Positions 46,317 through 55,873 are shown, counted from the first letter of the stretch. The stretch: DNA of 64,000 nt from an uncultured Clostridia bacterium (GCA_947304245.1 CAMZAK010000002.1:4977-68976), one strand, 5' to 3'. The notes: generated by a model from the letters alone, not told the origin. Made by a program: numbers and translations.

Positions 46317-47420
46317 ATGAAAAAAATTATGCTAGCATCGTCAACATTATTTCTAATAATTGCAGTAATAATAACTATAAATTTAACTCAAAAAAACAAT
46401 AATTTTAAAAACGGCGAGATTAAAATTTTTTGTTGGGGACAATACATAGCAGACGGAACAGAAAACTCACTTTCTGTTTTAGATGAATTTGAAAAAGAAA
46501 ACAAGGTTAAAATTAAATCTTTCAACACATTCGAATCTTGTGAGCAGATGTACACAAAACTAAAAAGCAAAAATTGCTCCTACGACATTGTTTTTTCTTC
46601 AGACTACATGGTTAAAAAACTAATTGACGAAAATTTAATTATGCCAATTGAAAAGTCTTCTCTTAAAAACTATGAAAACATTTCAGATGATTTTAAAGGA
46701 GAAAGATGGGGGTTTGACACAACAAATTCCTATAGTGTTCCCTACTGTTGGGGGCATATAGGGCTAATATATAACAAAAAACTAGTTGAAAAGTTAACAG
46801 GAGAAGAAGCAGAAAAAGTTGTAAAGGGCTGGGATGCACTATGGAATGAAAAACTAAAACAAAACATTTTAATGTTTATTAATGCAAAAGACAGCTTTTC
46901 TGTTGCCTTAAAACTTTTAAATAAATCTTTAAACACAACAAATGAAGAAGACATTTTAAAAGCTGCAGAAATTTTAAAAAAACAAAAACCTCTAGTTCAG
47001 GCCTACGTAATGGATGAAATGTTCGACAAAATGGAAAACAACGAAGCTGCAATTTCTGTTGCTTATTCTGGAGACATTGTTAAAATGCTTAAAAACAATA
47101 AAAATTTAAAATATTGCTTTCCAAAACAAGGCTCTAACATTTTCATAGATGCAGTATGCATTCCAAAAAACTCTAAAAACAAAGAAAACGCTTTAAAATT
47201 CATAGATTTTTTATGCAGAGAAGACATAGCTCTAGAAAATGCAAAATTTTTAGGCTACTCCACACCAAACAAAAAAGCTTACAGCAATTTAAGCGAAAAC
47301 TTTAAAAATGAAATATCTTACCCCAAAAAAGAAATATTAAATAAATGTGAAATTTATCTGCCAACTCCCAAAAAACTAACAAACTTAATAGAAACACTAT
47401 GGGTTAAAATTAGAAGTTAA
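46317..47420 (+). CDS. potD: Spermidine/putrescine-binding protein PotD (lipoprotein/secreted)
   Basis: MKKIMLASSTLFLIIAV signal anchor and PotD-like body (…YDIVFSSDYMV…YSVPYCWG…). ATG at 46317 follows ggag. Confidence 0.8.
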   Translation: MKKIMLASSTLFLIIAVIITINLTQKNNNFKNGEIKIFCWGQYIADGTENSLSVLDEFEKENKVKIKSFNTFESCEQMYTKLKSKNCSYDIVFSSDYMVKKLIDENLIMPIEKSSLKNYENISDDFKGERWGFDTTNSYSVPYCWGHIGLIYNKKLVEKLTGEEAEKVVKGWDALWNEKLKQNILMFINAKDSFSVALKLLNKSLNTTNEEDILKAAEILKKQKPLVQAYVMDEMFDKMENNEAAISVAYSGDIVKMLKNNKNLKYCFPKQGSNIFIDAVCIPKNSKNKENALKFIDFLCREDIALENAKFLGYSTPNKKAYSNLSENFKNEISYPKKEILNKCEIYLPTPKKLTNLIETLWVKIRS

Positions 47421-47421
47421 A

Positions 47422-47461
47422 TAAAAAAAATATTATGAATTGCTAAAACAACTCATAATAT
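47422..47461. terminator. Bidirectional hairpin terminator between convergent potD and coiled-coil gene CC1
   Basis: atattatgaattg-ctaaaa-caactcataatat (13-bp stem with one mismatch), flanked by an A8 run on the left, which reads as a U-tract for the minus-strand transcript. Confidence 0.5.
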
Positions 47462-47482
47462 TAACTAATATTTAATTTAAAC

Positions 47483-48532
47483 CTATTTACGTTTCTTTTT
47501 ATGTTTTTTAGTTTGTTTAATTTCTTTATTACCTTCTTTGTTTTCTTTGTTTTGTTGTTTTAATTTTGCGAGTTCTTCTCTTAACCTTGCTATTTCTTCT
47601 TCATTTTCTTTAATTGTTAAATTGTTTTTTTCAATATATTCTTCTTGTTCTTTTAATTCAGATTCTTTTTTTTTATTAGCATCATCATAATTTAAAATTT
47701 TTACACCATTATCTATGCTTATTTGTTTAGACATCTTATTTAAATTTTTTAATTCAGTATTTTTAGCTTTTAATTCATCGTTACTATGTTGTTTAGAAAA
47801 ATTCAACATAATATTGCTCTTTTGTTTAATTTCTTCATCTATTTTTTTAGTTTCATCTTCTAGGCTTTTTAGTTCCAACTCTTTTTCTTTTAATAATTTG
47901 TTTTCTTCATTTTCTTGTTTTATTCTTTCTAGTTCTTCTTTCAGCCTCTTTATTTCTTCTTCATTTTCTTTAATTACTAAATTGTTATTTGCAATATCTT
48001 TTTCTTGCTTTTTTAAAATAATATTGCTCTTTTGTTCAATTTCTTCATCTGTTTTTTTAACTTCATCTTCTAATCTTTTTAATTCCAACTCTTTTTCTTT
48101 TAATAATTTGTTTTCTTCATTCTGTTTTTTTAATTTTGCGAGTTTTTTTCTTAACCTTGCTATTTCTTCTTCATTTTCTTTAATTACTAAATTGTTTTTT
48201 TCAATATATTCTTCTTGTTCTTTTAATTCAGATTCTTTTTTTTTATTAGCATAATCATAATTTAAAATTTTTACACCATTATCTATGCTTATTTGTTGAG
48301 ACATCTTATTTAAATTTTTTAAACCGGCATTTCTACGTTTTAATTCATCGTTACTATGTTGTTTAGAAAAATTTAACATAATATTGCTTTTTTGTTTAAT
48401 TTCTTCATCTATTTCTTTAAGTTCCTCTTCTAGGCTTTTTAGTTCCAACTCTTTTTCTTTTAATAATATGTTTTCATAATTACTACTAAAATTAAAATTC
48501 ATATTTTTATTAAAATTATTAATACTAGACAT
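47483..48532 (-). CDS. CC1: K/E/N-rich coiled-coil protein with large internal repeats
   Basis: 349-aa ORF with no signal peptide or TM helix and heptad-like KE-rich sequence. A ~115-aa unit occurs twice. Confidence 0.65.
   Translation of the reverse strand: MSSINNFNKNMNFNFSSNYENILLKEKELELKSLEEELKEIDEEIKQKSNIMLNFSKQHSNDELKRRNAGLKNLNKMSQQISIDNGVKILNYDYANKKKESELKEQEEYIEKNNLVIKENEEEIARLRKKLAKLKKQNEENKLLKEKELELKRLEDEVKKTDEEIEQKSNIILKKQEKDIANNNLVIKENEEEIKRLKEELERIKQENEENKLLKEKELELKSLEDETKKIDEEIKQKSNIMLNFSKQHSNDELKAKNTELKNLNKMSKQISIDNGVKILNYDDANKKKESELKEQEEYIEKNNLTIKENEEEIARLREELAKLKQQNKENKEGNKEIKQTKKHKKKRK
47560..48475. repeat. Intragenic direct repeats in CC1 (~345-bp units at 47560-47905 and 48130-48475, with a shorter related unit between them)
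   Basis: The units align at an offset of 570 bp with few substitutions (ttaattttgcgagtt...cttaaccttgctatttcttcttcattttctttaatt...). Confidence 0.8.
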
Positions 48533-48559
48533 TGCATCACCCCCTTTTTTTAATTAACA

Positions 48560-49546
48560 CTATTTATTTTGTTTTTTAGCTTCTTCAATTTCAGCTTTCA
48601 ATTTTTTAATAATTTCTTCTTGATCTTTAATAGTAGCATATTGTTCATCTAATTTTTTGCTATTTTCATCTAAACTAACACTAGTTTTTATATAAATTTC
48701 TTTTACTGCTATAAGTGTATTTGTTTCTTTTTCAATTAATTTTTCATAACATGCATTTTCTTTATTTAAACGTTCATTCTCTTCATTTAAAAGTTCTCTC
48801 TCTTTTAAAAATTCTTCTTTTTTTGATTCGAATTTTTTCTTTTGTTTTTCAATATAATTATTCCTTGCCTCTAATTTTTTTCTTTTTTCTTCTAACTCTT
48901 TTCTTTTTTCTGCAATTTTTTTGTTTAATTCATCCAATTTGCTTTGGTTTGAATTTTTGTTTTGATTTAAATCTTTATTTTGGTTTAAAGGCTCGTTTTC
49001 AACTAAAGCATCATTTAACAAAAAGTATTCTTTAGAATCATTATTTTTTTTAGAATCTTTAAAAAAATTAGCGGGTAAAATTTTATTTTTATCATATTCA
49101 ATTTTTTCGTCTATTTTCTCTAAATTTTTATTTTTTTGCTCGCCATTAGTTTCTGATGATATGTTTTTTTTCTCAGATTTAAATAAATTATTAGCAGACA
49201 TTGATGGTTTTAACCGTTTTTTAAAGTTCTCATTTTCACTAGGTTTAACACTTTCACTTATTTTCTCTAAATTTTTATTTTCTTTAGTTTTTAATAAATC
49301 ATTTAATAATGTTTCCATGTTTTTTTTTGTAGACTTCCAAAATTCTGAAGATTTCAACTCCAATTTAAAATTCTTGTTTTCATCCGTTTTTAATAAATTT
49401 TTTTTCGAAATTTTTATTAAATTGTTACTAGAAAGTGTTAATTTCAACTCTGGTTTGTTTTGTTTATTCTCTCTTCTAATTGCTTTTACATTATTATTTT
49501 CAAAAAAATCAAATTTCTTAACATGCATATTACTGTTATTATTCAT
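48560..49546 (-). CDS. CC2: K/E/N-rich protein with a coiled-coil C-terminal half
   Basis: 328-aa ORF. The C-terminal motif IKDQEEIIKKLKAEIEEAKKQNK resembles the CC1 unit end IKENEEEIARLREELAKLKQQNK. Confidence 0.6.
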   Translation of the reverse strand: MNNNSNMHVKKFDFFENNNVKAIRRENKQNKPELKLTLSSNNLIKISKKNLLKTDENKNFKLELKSSEFWKSTKKNMETLLNDLLKTKENKNLEKISESVKPSENENFKKRLKPSMSANNLFKSEKKNISSETNGEQKNKNLEKIDEKIEYDKNKILPANFFKDSKKNNDSKEYFLLNDALVENEPLNQNKDLNQNKNSNQSKLDELNKKIAEKRKELEEKRKKLEARNNYIEKQKKKFESKKEEFLKERELLNEENERLNKENACYEKLIEKETNTLIAVKEIYIKTSVSLDENSKKLDEQYATIKDQEEIIKKLKAEIEEAKKQNK

Positions 49547-49583
49547 TATTTTAAACCTCTCTTTTTTTAAATTATAAATTTAA

Positions 49584-50585
49584 TTAATCATTGTTTTTAG
49601 CTTCTTGTTTTTTAAAAATTTCATCTTCTTGTTCCTTAAAAATTTTAGGATATTTAGAATAAGTTTTTCTTATTTCTTCTTTTTTTTCTTCAAAATTTTT
49701 TAAAAAATCTTTCTCTTCTTTTTCAATATCTTTTTTTAAATTTGAAATTTTAACATTGTTTTCTTTCCATATTGAGTTATATTTTTCTTGTTTTTCATCG
49801 TAAAGTTGAACTAACGGTTTTTCTTTTTCTTCATAATAAGCAAATATTTTAGATACTTTTTCTTCATATTCATCCCAATTTGCATCATTAATTTTTTCTA
49901 TTTTTTCTTTTTCTTCAGCAACTTTGTCTTGATATTTTAAAATTTTATTTTCTAACATATTTGCAATTGTCTTATCAAAAACATTATGCCCTTTAAAATG
50001 CTTTGTCATATATTCTTTAAATTTGTTTAAATATTCAAGTTTAGCGTTATATTCTTCCTCTGCTTCTTTTAATTTTTCAGAATTTTCGTTTTTTAACTCA
50101 TTTTTTATTTGCTCTGCTTTTTTAACTTCTTCCTCCAATGAAGAAAACTGATCTTTTATTTTTTCTTGAGATTTTTCTTTTTGTTTTAATAATTCAATAA
50201 CAACACTTTGGTTATAAAAATTTTCTTTTTTAGAAAACAAACCGGCTTCAAACCGTGCTAATTTTTTAACATATTTCGAAAGTTTATCATACTTTTTGTT
50301 ATATTCTTTTTTAAGCTTTTTACATTCTTCATCGCGTTCTTTTTTTAATTTTTTAATAATTTGTTCATTCTTTTTTTTCACATCTTCAATTTCAATTCTA
50401 GGTTTAACCAATGAATTTTCTGATTGAACCAATAAATTATTTATTTTTTCTTCATTACTTAATTTTAATTTTTTTTCTTCTAATTCTTTCTCCATCTTTA
50501 AATTTAAAAGTTTATCTCTTATTTCTTCACAAACTCTATTTTCTTCAATTTGCTGTTTTTCAACAATATTTGTATTTATAAACAT
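49584..50585 (-). CDS. CC3: K/E-rich coiled-coil protein
   Basis: 333-aa ORF. A strong SD (aggaggg) lies 7-8 nt upstream of the ATG, and a consensus promoter lies upstream. Confidence 0.6.
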   Translation of the reverse strand: MFINTNIVEKQQIEENRVCEEIRDKLLNLKMEKELEEKKLKLSNEEKINNLLVQSENSLVKPRIEIEDVKKKNEQIIKKLKKERDEECKKLKKEYNKKYDKLSKYVKKLARFEAGLFSKKENFYNQSVVIELLKQKEKSQEKIKDQFSSLEEEVKKAEQIKNELKNENSEKLKEAEEEYNAKLEYLNKFKEYMTKHFKGHNVFDKTIANMLENKILKYQDKVAEEKEKIEKINDANWDEYEEKVSKIFAYYEEKEKPLVQLYDEKQEKYNSIWKENNVKISNLKKDIEKEEKDFLKNFEEKKEEIRKTYSKYPKIFKEQEDEIFKKQEAKNND

Positions 50586-50627
50586 ATTAAAATTTCCCTC
50601 CTTTCTAATAATCCAAAATTTACGGTC

Positions 50628-50656
50628 ATTATATATAAAATAAGTAATTTTGTCAA
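50628..50656 (-). promoter_or_regulatory. Perfect-consensus SigA promoter for CC3-CC2-CC1
   Basis: On the minus strand: TTGACA (50656-50651), 17 nt, TATAAT (50633-50628), about 40 nt upstream of the CC3 ATG. Confidence 0.6.
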
Positions 50657-50690
50657 ATTAAGTCGACAAAATTATTAAATTTACCAAAAC

Positions 50691-51397
50691 CACTCCACCT
50701 GCCAAGTTAGAAACCAAACTGCAAACTCTTAAGCAAAGTACCAAAGAAGCTACGAATGGGTTCCCCGCCAGAAAAAATATTTTAATACTGCAAAATTCAA
50801 ATTAACAAAAAAATATCTGTTACCAGTGGCAGTTTTAAACCAACCATTAGCAAAACTTAAAACCTCGTTTAAACATGAAGTTAAAACATATTTTTCAAAA
50901 CTAATCCTTTTTTTGTTCCCTTTTGCAACATCGCTTAAAATTTTTGCTGTGTTAAAATTTTGCTCCAAAGAATTAATAACATTTACGTTTTCTTGCAACT
51001 CTTCCAAACATTTAGAGTTAACAACATTTTTTTAATTAACTGCTTTTTCTTTTTAATTTAAAGTTTCTAATTCTTTAAATCTTCTTTCTAGTTTCTCAAC
51101 ATCTTTTTTTAATTTTTCAAAATCGTTAAAAAGTTTTAAAACCTTCTCAAAAGAAACGTTACATTGTTTTAGTTTTAAATTTAAATTTTCTTTTGAATTT
51201 TCTTATTTTTTCATTAATTTTTTCTTTTAATTTTAAACCTTCTAGTTCAGTAGTTAAATTTTTCTTTTTAACTAAAAATTCTTCGAAATCATATTCATTT
51301 AAAATTTTCAAATCCTTTTCAAGCTGCTTTAGTTTTAAATTTAAAATTTCTGACTCCTTAAAGTTTTTTTCTGCTTTTTCTTTTTAATTTAAAGTTT
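50691..51397 (-). pseudogene. Scrambled, decayed duplicate of the sbcC 3' region, directly downstream of intact sbcC
   Basis: 50691-51035 aligns with 51607-51997 (with an internal deletion), 51083-51205 with ~52150-52285, and 51212-51372 with ~52000-52165. The 85-aa ORF at 50750-51007 is a remnant (…INSLEQNFNTAKILSDVAKGNKKRISFEKYVLTSCLNEVLSFANGWFKTATGNRYFFVNLN…). Confidence 0.8.
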
Positions 51398-54322
51398 CTA
51401 ATTCTTTAATGTTATTTTACTTCCTCCAGTTAAGCTTTTCTTAACAACAATTTGAGCTTTAATTCTGCTTTTTAATTCCGCAATGTGAGAAATAACACCA
51501 ATCTGCCTGCCTGCTTTATTTAAATTGGTTAAACACAAAACAACACTGTCTAAATAGTTTTTATCTAAACTGCCAAACCCTTCATCAATTAACATTGTGT
51601 TTAACTCCACTCCCCCTGCCAGGTTAGAAACCAAACTGCAAAGCCCCAAACAAAGTGCCAAAGAGGCTGCAAATGTTTCCCCACCAGAAAGAGTGCTAAC
51701 ATGACGAATTTTACCACTGTAAGCATCAAACACATTAAAATTTAAGCAATCCTCCACATTCAAGTTAACAAAAAAATATCTATTCCCAGTGGCAGTTTTA
51801 AACCAACCGTTAGCAAAACTTAAAACCTCGTTTAAACATGAAGTTAAAACATATTTTTCAAAACTAATCCTTTTTTTGTTCCCTTTTGCAACATCACTTA
51901 AAATTTTTGCTGTGTTAAAATTTTGCTCTAAAGAATTAATAACCTTTTCGTTTTCTTGCAACTCTTCCAAACATTTAGAGTTAACAACATTTTTTTTAAC
52001 TAGCTCTTTTTCTTTTAATTTTAAACCTTCTAGTTGGGCAGTTAAATCTTTCTTTTTAACTAAAAATTCTTCGAAATCATATTCATTTAAAATTTTCAAA
52101 TCTTTTTCAAGCTGATTTAGTTTTAAATTTAAAATTTCTAACTCCTTAAAGTTTTTTTCTGCTTTCTCAACATCTTTCTTTAATTTTTCAAAATCATTAA
52201 AAAGTTTTAAAACCTCCTCAAAAGAAACGTTACATTGCTTTAGTTTTAACTTTAAATTTTCTTTTGAGTTTTCTTCCTCTTTTTTAGCCTCTTTAAAATT
52301 CAAATTTAAATTTTGAAGCTCTAAATTTAAAAAATCTAGTTTTTTCTCTTCTTCTTCTTTGTTTTTTACTATTGCAGTAATCTTTTCATCTAAACTTTTA
52401 ATCTCTTTAAAAATTTTTTCACCATAGTTTAAAATAGCTGTTTTGTTTTGTAAATTAGCTGGAATTGTTTTTAAAATTTCCTGCTTTTGCTTTTTTAATT
52501 CCAAAAAACCAGTTTCATTTTTCTCTAAAAAAATATTGCAATTTAACAATTCTTCTTCATAGTTTTCCTCTAAATTTAAAGTTTCTTTTCCAATTTTTTT
52601 TCTTAGTAAATTTAAAGTTTCTTCGGCGTTTTTCAATTCTTTATTTAACAAATTCTTAAAATCTTTTAAGTTAGTGAAATGTTTAATGAAAAATTCATCT
52701 TGCTCTAATTTTACTTTTTCTGTTTTAATCTTTAAATGAACCTTGTTTAGTTCGTCTTTTTTATTAAAAATGTTTTTTCTGAGCTCTTCTAGCTTATTTT
52801 GCTCCACAACCTCAAAAGAAGCATTATTGTTAGGAAAAGGATGAACCAAAGAACCACAAACAGGGCACGGCTCGTTTTCTTTTAAGCCTTTTGCTAAAAT
52901 GAAAGCTTGCTGTTCATAAAAATTTTTGCAAGAATTTAAATAATTTACATTTAATTTTTCCAAAGAACTTTTTAACAAATTAAATTCTTCTTTTAGTTTA
53001 ATTAATTTTAAACAGGTTAAATTTAACTGCTTTAGTTGCTGTGTTTTTAAAAAATAATTTTTAAATTCAATTTTTTTTTGAAGCATATTTTTCTTTTCAT
53101 TGGTTTTTAAAATATGTTTTTCAATCTCCTTAATTTTAAAATAAACTTTTTGAGCTAAATTGTAGTTGTTAAGCATAACAGAAAAATTATTATGCTTTTC
53201 AGAAAGTTCATCTTTTCTTTTTTCTAACAATTTAACCTTTTCAAATTCTTTAAAAGCCGCATCTTTTAAAGTTTGCTGTTCTTTTAAGCTTTCTTTTAAT
53301 TTTTTAATTTGTTCTTTTTTTAAAAAAAACTGGTTATTCTTTTCCTGCCAAACACCATAGTAAACCTTTAAACTTTCCAATTTTTCCACAAAATCTTTTT
53401 TCTTTTTAAACTCTTTAGCGTCTGGTGCATTTAAAAAAATCTCTTTTTTTCTAAGTTTTAACCTTTCTTCTTCATTTTTCTTTTGCTTAAATGTTTCTAA
53501 AAAACCCAATTTAATTTCAACTTCTTTTAAAATGCCTTCTTTAACTTTAATTTCTTCTTCAAGTTTTTGCAGCTTCTGCTTTTCTTTAAAATTTTCATCA
53601 ATTAAAAAATTTAGCTTTTCAGAAAAACTAAAATATTTTTCTGAATTTTTAAGTTCATCTTTAATTTCTTCATCTAATATGTAACTTTCAAGTTTTTTTA
53701 AATTATCTTTAACCTTAAAGTCATATTCTTTTTTAATGTTCTGTTTTTCTTCAAAAAGCTTATTAGAAATTTCATCGTAAATTTGTGTTCCAAAAAGTTT
53801 CCTGAAAGTGTTAACCTGCTCCTCTCCTTTTTCTGTTAAAAGTTTTTGAAACTTTCCCTGAGGCAACATAATAAGCTTATTAAAATTTTTCTTGTCCACT
53901 CCAATAACATCTTTAACCAATAAGTCTGCTATTTCTTTTAGGTTTGTTAAAATTTTTCCATTAGGCAAAAAAAGTTCTGCAACATGTTTTTGTTGCTTTA
54001 GGCCTTCTCCTGTTTTTTTAGCAACAAGCTGTTCTGGAATTCTTTTAATCTTATATTTCTTGCCATGAACAAAAAACTCTAATTCAACAAAACAAAGTTT
54101 TTTAGAATCTGCAAAATCACTTTTTAAGGTTTTTGCTTCTTTTCTTTGCCCACTAACTTCACCATACAAAGCAAAGGAAATTGCATCAAAAATTGTTGTT
54201 TTCCCAGAGCCTGTTTCTCCTGTTATTAAAAACAGTTTCTCTTCTCCAAAATTAGAAAAATTAATGAGCTGTTCTTCTTTATAGGGCCCAAACGCAGAAA
54301 TTTTTAATTTTTTTAAAAGCAT
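51398..54322 (-). CDS. sbcC: SbcC (Rad50-like) nuclease ATPase subunit
   Basis: N-terminal Walker A (LITGETGSGKTTIFDAISFALYG), long coiled coil with a CPVCGS zinc hook, C-terminal signature LSGGETFAASLALCL and Walker B MLIDEGFGSLD. Confidence 0.9.
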   Translation of the reverse strand: MLLKKLKISAFGPYKEEQLINFSNFGEEKLFLITGETGSGKTTIFDAISFALYGEVSGQRKEAKTLKSDFADSKKLCFVELEFFVHGKKYKIKRIPEQLVAKKTGEGLKQQKHVAELFLPNGKILTNLKEIADLLVKDVIGVDKKNFNKLIMLPQGKFQKLLTEKGEEQVNTFRKLFGTQIYDEISNKLFEEKQNIKKEYDFKVKDNLKKLESYILDEEIKDELKNSEKYFSFSEKLNFLIDENFKEKQKLQKLEEEIKVKEGILKEVEIKLGFLETFKQKKNEEERLKLRKKEIFLNAPDAKEFKKKKDFVEKLESLKVYYGVWQEKNNQFFLKKEQIKKLKESLKEQQTLKDAAFKEFEKVKLLEKRKDELSEKHNNFSVMLNNYNLAQKVYFKIKEIEKHILKTNEKKNMLQKKIEFKNYFLKTQQLKQLNLTCLKLIKLKEEFNLLKSSLEKLNVNYLNSCKNFYEQQAFILAKGLKENEPCPVCGSLVHPFPNNNASFEVVEQNKLEELRKNIFNKKDELNKVHLKIKTEKVKLEQDEFFIKHFTNLKDFKNLLNKELKNAEETLNLLRKKIGKETLNLEENYEEELLNCNIFLEKNETGFLELKKQKQEILKTIPANLQNKTAILNYGEKIFKEIKSLDEKITAIVKNKEEEEKKLDFLNLELQNLNLNFKEAKKEEENSKENLKLKLKQCNVSFEEVLKLFNDFEKLKKDVEKAEKNFKELEILNLKLNQLEKDLKILNEYDFEEFLVKKKDLTAQLEGLKLKEKELVKKNVVNSKCLEELQENEKVINSLEQNFNTAKILSDVAKGNKKRISFEKYVLTSCLNEVLSFANGWFKTATGNRYFFVNLNVEDCLNFNVFDAYSGKIRHVSTLSGGETFAASLALCLGLCSLVSNLAGGVELNTMLIDEGFGSLDKNYLDSVVLCLTNLNKAGRQIGVISHIAELKSRIKAQIVVKKSLTGGSKITLKN

Positions 54323-54681
54323 TTTTAGTTCCTCAATAATCTTATTAAATTTTTTAAAAAAGATAAAAATATATTTTCAGCATTCCAATGTATTAATCTA
54401 TTTATATTTTAATCTTACGAATGAATAGTTTTTACTTAATTAATCCCTACTTAATTATTATTTTTTAAAAATAAACTATTTCCTCAAGCAATATATTTTT
54501 CAGTTTAACTTTTATTTAATTAATTTTAATCTCACTTTTAATTATAATAAAATTTAAAAATTTAAATAATTTTCTATTCTCTTTATTAATTTTTTATTTT
54601 AACTTTTTATAAAATAACATAACTAAAATTTTTGCCTTCACAATTCAAATATTTTTTTAACCTAACAAAAATTTTTCTTTT

Positions 54682-55812
54682 TCAATTAACTTTTTCTTTT
54701 TTAATTTTTTCTATAACATTGTTTAATAATTTAATTTGCATTTCTTCCAAATCATTGCCAACAACAAACCTATAAAATTTTTTAAACAATAAACCAGGCT
54801 CCATTTTTTTTGAAACTTTAAAACCTTCTTTAACCTCTAAATTTAAATTTAAAAACTCAATTTCTAGTAAGTTAGGAAAATTTTGTTTTAGTCTATTGTA
54901 AGGGTCTATGATGAAATTTTCATCTGTTAATTTAACAGCAACAAAATCTTCAGATTTTTCTCTAATTATTTCGTTAAACTTGCCCTTTTTAATTTTTAAG
55001 TCTCTTAAAGGTTTAAACAAAACATTTTTAACTAAAGGCGTTTTAAATTCATCTTTAAGTTCAATTAAAACAACCTGCTTTTCATTGTTAGCTTCACTAA
55101 TAGAATATTTTAAAGGAGAACCAGAATACCTCGCATTCTCTCCCACTTTTTGTGCTTTGTGAAGGTGCCCTAGTGCTATGTAAGAAAAATTTTCAAATTG
55201 TTTTAAATTAGCAACATCGCACCCTCCAATTTCAACTTCAGAATCTGTGAAACTAAAGCTTTCACTAGAAGAACTAGAAAACAAACCATGAGCACAAAGC
55301 AGATTAAAATTGTATTTCAAACTTTGCTTTAAAAATTTCTCGTAAACAAACTCAATTGTTTCATTAAAATTAGAAATTTTTATGTCTTTAAAAACTTCTT
55401 TAACCATTGAAGGGTTTAAAAATGGCAAAAGTGTTATGCCAACTGAAAAATTATTTTCATTAAACTTTAAAGTTTTAATGCTGTTTAAATCTGTTGCTAT
55501 GAAAAAACCAGCTCTTTCTAAAATTTTTGAAGAAAACCCCAATTTTTCTGGCGAATCGTGGTTGCCGGCTATTATTAAAACCTTTTTTTTAAGTTTTAAA
55601 ACAACTTCACAGAAAAAATCATCCAACAAAGAAACTGCTGCAGCAGAAGGAGAAGCAGAGTTGTAAATGTCTCCCGCAACAATTAAAATGTCCACCTCTT
55701 CTTCTTTTAAAAATTGCAGTAACCATTCCAAAAAATATTTTTGGTCTTCTAATAAGCTATAGCTATTTAAAAATCTGCCTATGTGCCAATCTGACGTATG
55801 AACAATTTTCAA
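54682..55812 (-). CDS. sbcD: SbcD (Mre11-like) nuclease subunit (TTG start)
   Basis: MKIVHTSDWHIGR, VAGDIYN, IAGNHDS and GHLH are calcineurin-like phosphoesterase motifs in SbcD order. Confidence 0.9.
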   Translation of the reverse strand: MKIVHTSDWHIGRFLNSYSLLEDQKYFLEWLLQFLKEEEVDILIVAGDIYNSASPSAAAVSLLDDFFCEVVLKLKKKVLIIAGNHDSPEKLGFSSKILERAGFFIATDLNSIKTLKFNENNFSVGITLLPFLNPSMVKEVFKDIKISNFNETIEFVYEKFLKQSLKYNFNLLCAHGLFSSSSSESFSFTDSEVEIGGCDVANLKQFENFSYIALGHLHKAQKVGENARYSGSPLKYSISEANNEKQVVLIELKDEFKTPLVKNVLFKPLRDLKIKKGKFNEIIREKSEDFVAVKLTDENFIIDPYNRLKQNFPNLLEIEFLNLNLEVKEGFKVSKKMEPGLLFKKFYRFVVGNDLEEMQIKLLNNVIEKIKKEKVN

Positions 55813-55873
55813 TTAATTAATCTCTCCCTAATTTTTATTTTACTTTTAATTTTAATGAAATTTAAATTTTAAC

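Noticed and set aside
47715-48254. 179-aa plus-strand ORF rich in S/F/L, antisense to CC1. Similar antisense ORFs lie inside infB (12303-12680, 13194-13634), the array paralogs (e.g. 34065-34274, 35938-36153) and sbcC (51789-52115)
   Set aside because: They lie entirely within better-supported genes on the opposite strand. They are low-complexity mirror images of K/E/N-rich codons, lack SD sequences, and are the kind of stop-poor antisense frame expected opposite such coding regions.
50750-51007. 85-aa ORF resembling the SbcC C-terminal region, which could be read as a small SbcC-like gene
   Set aside because: It is part of the scrambled sbcC ghost copy. It lacks the signature and Walker B motifs, ends in frameshifted junk (…NFAVLKYFFWRGTHS), and has no start context.
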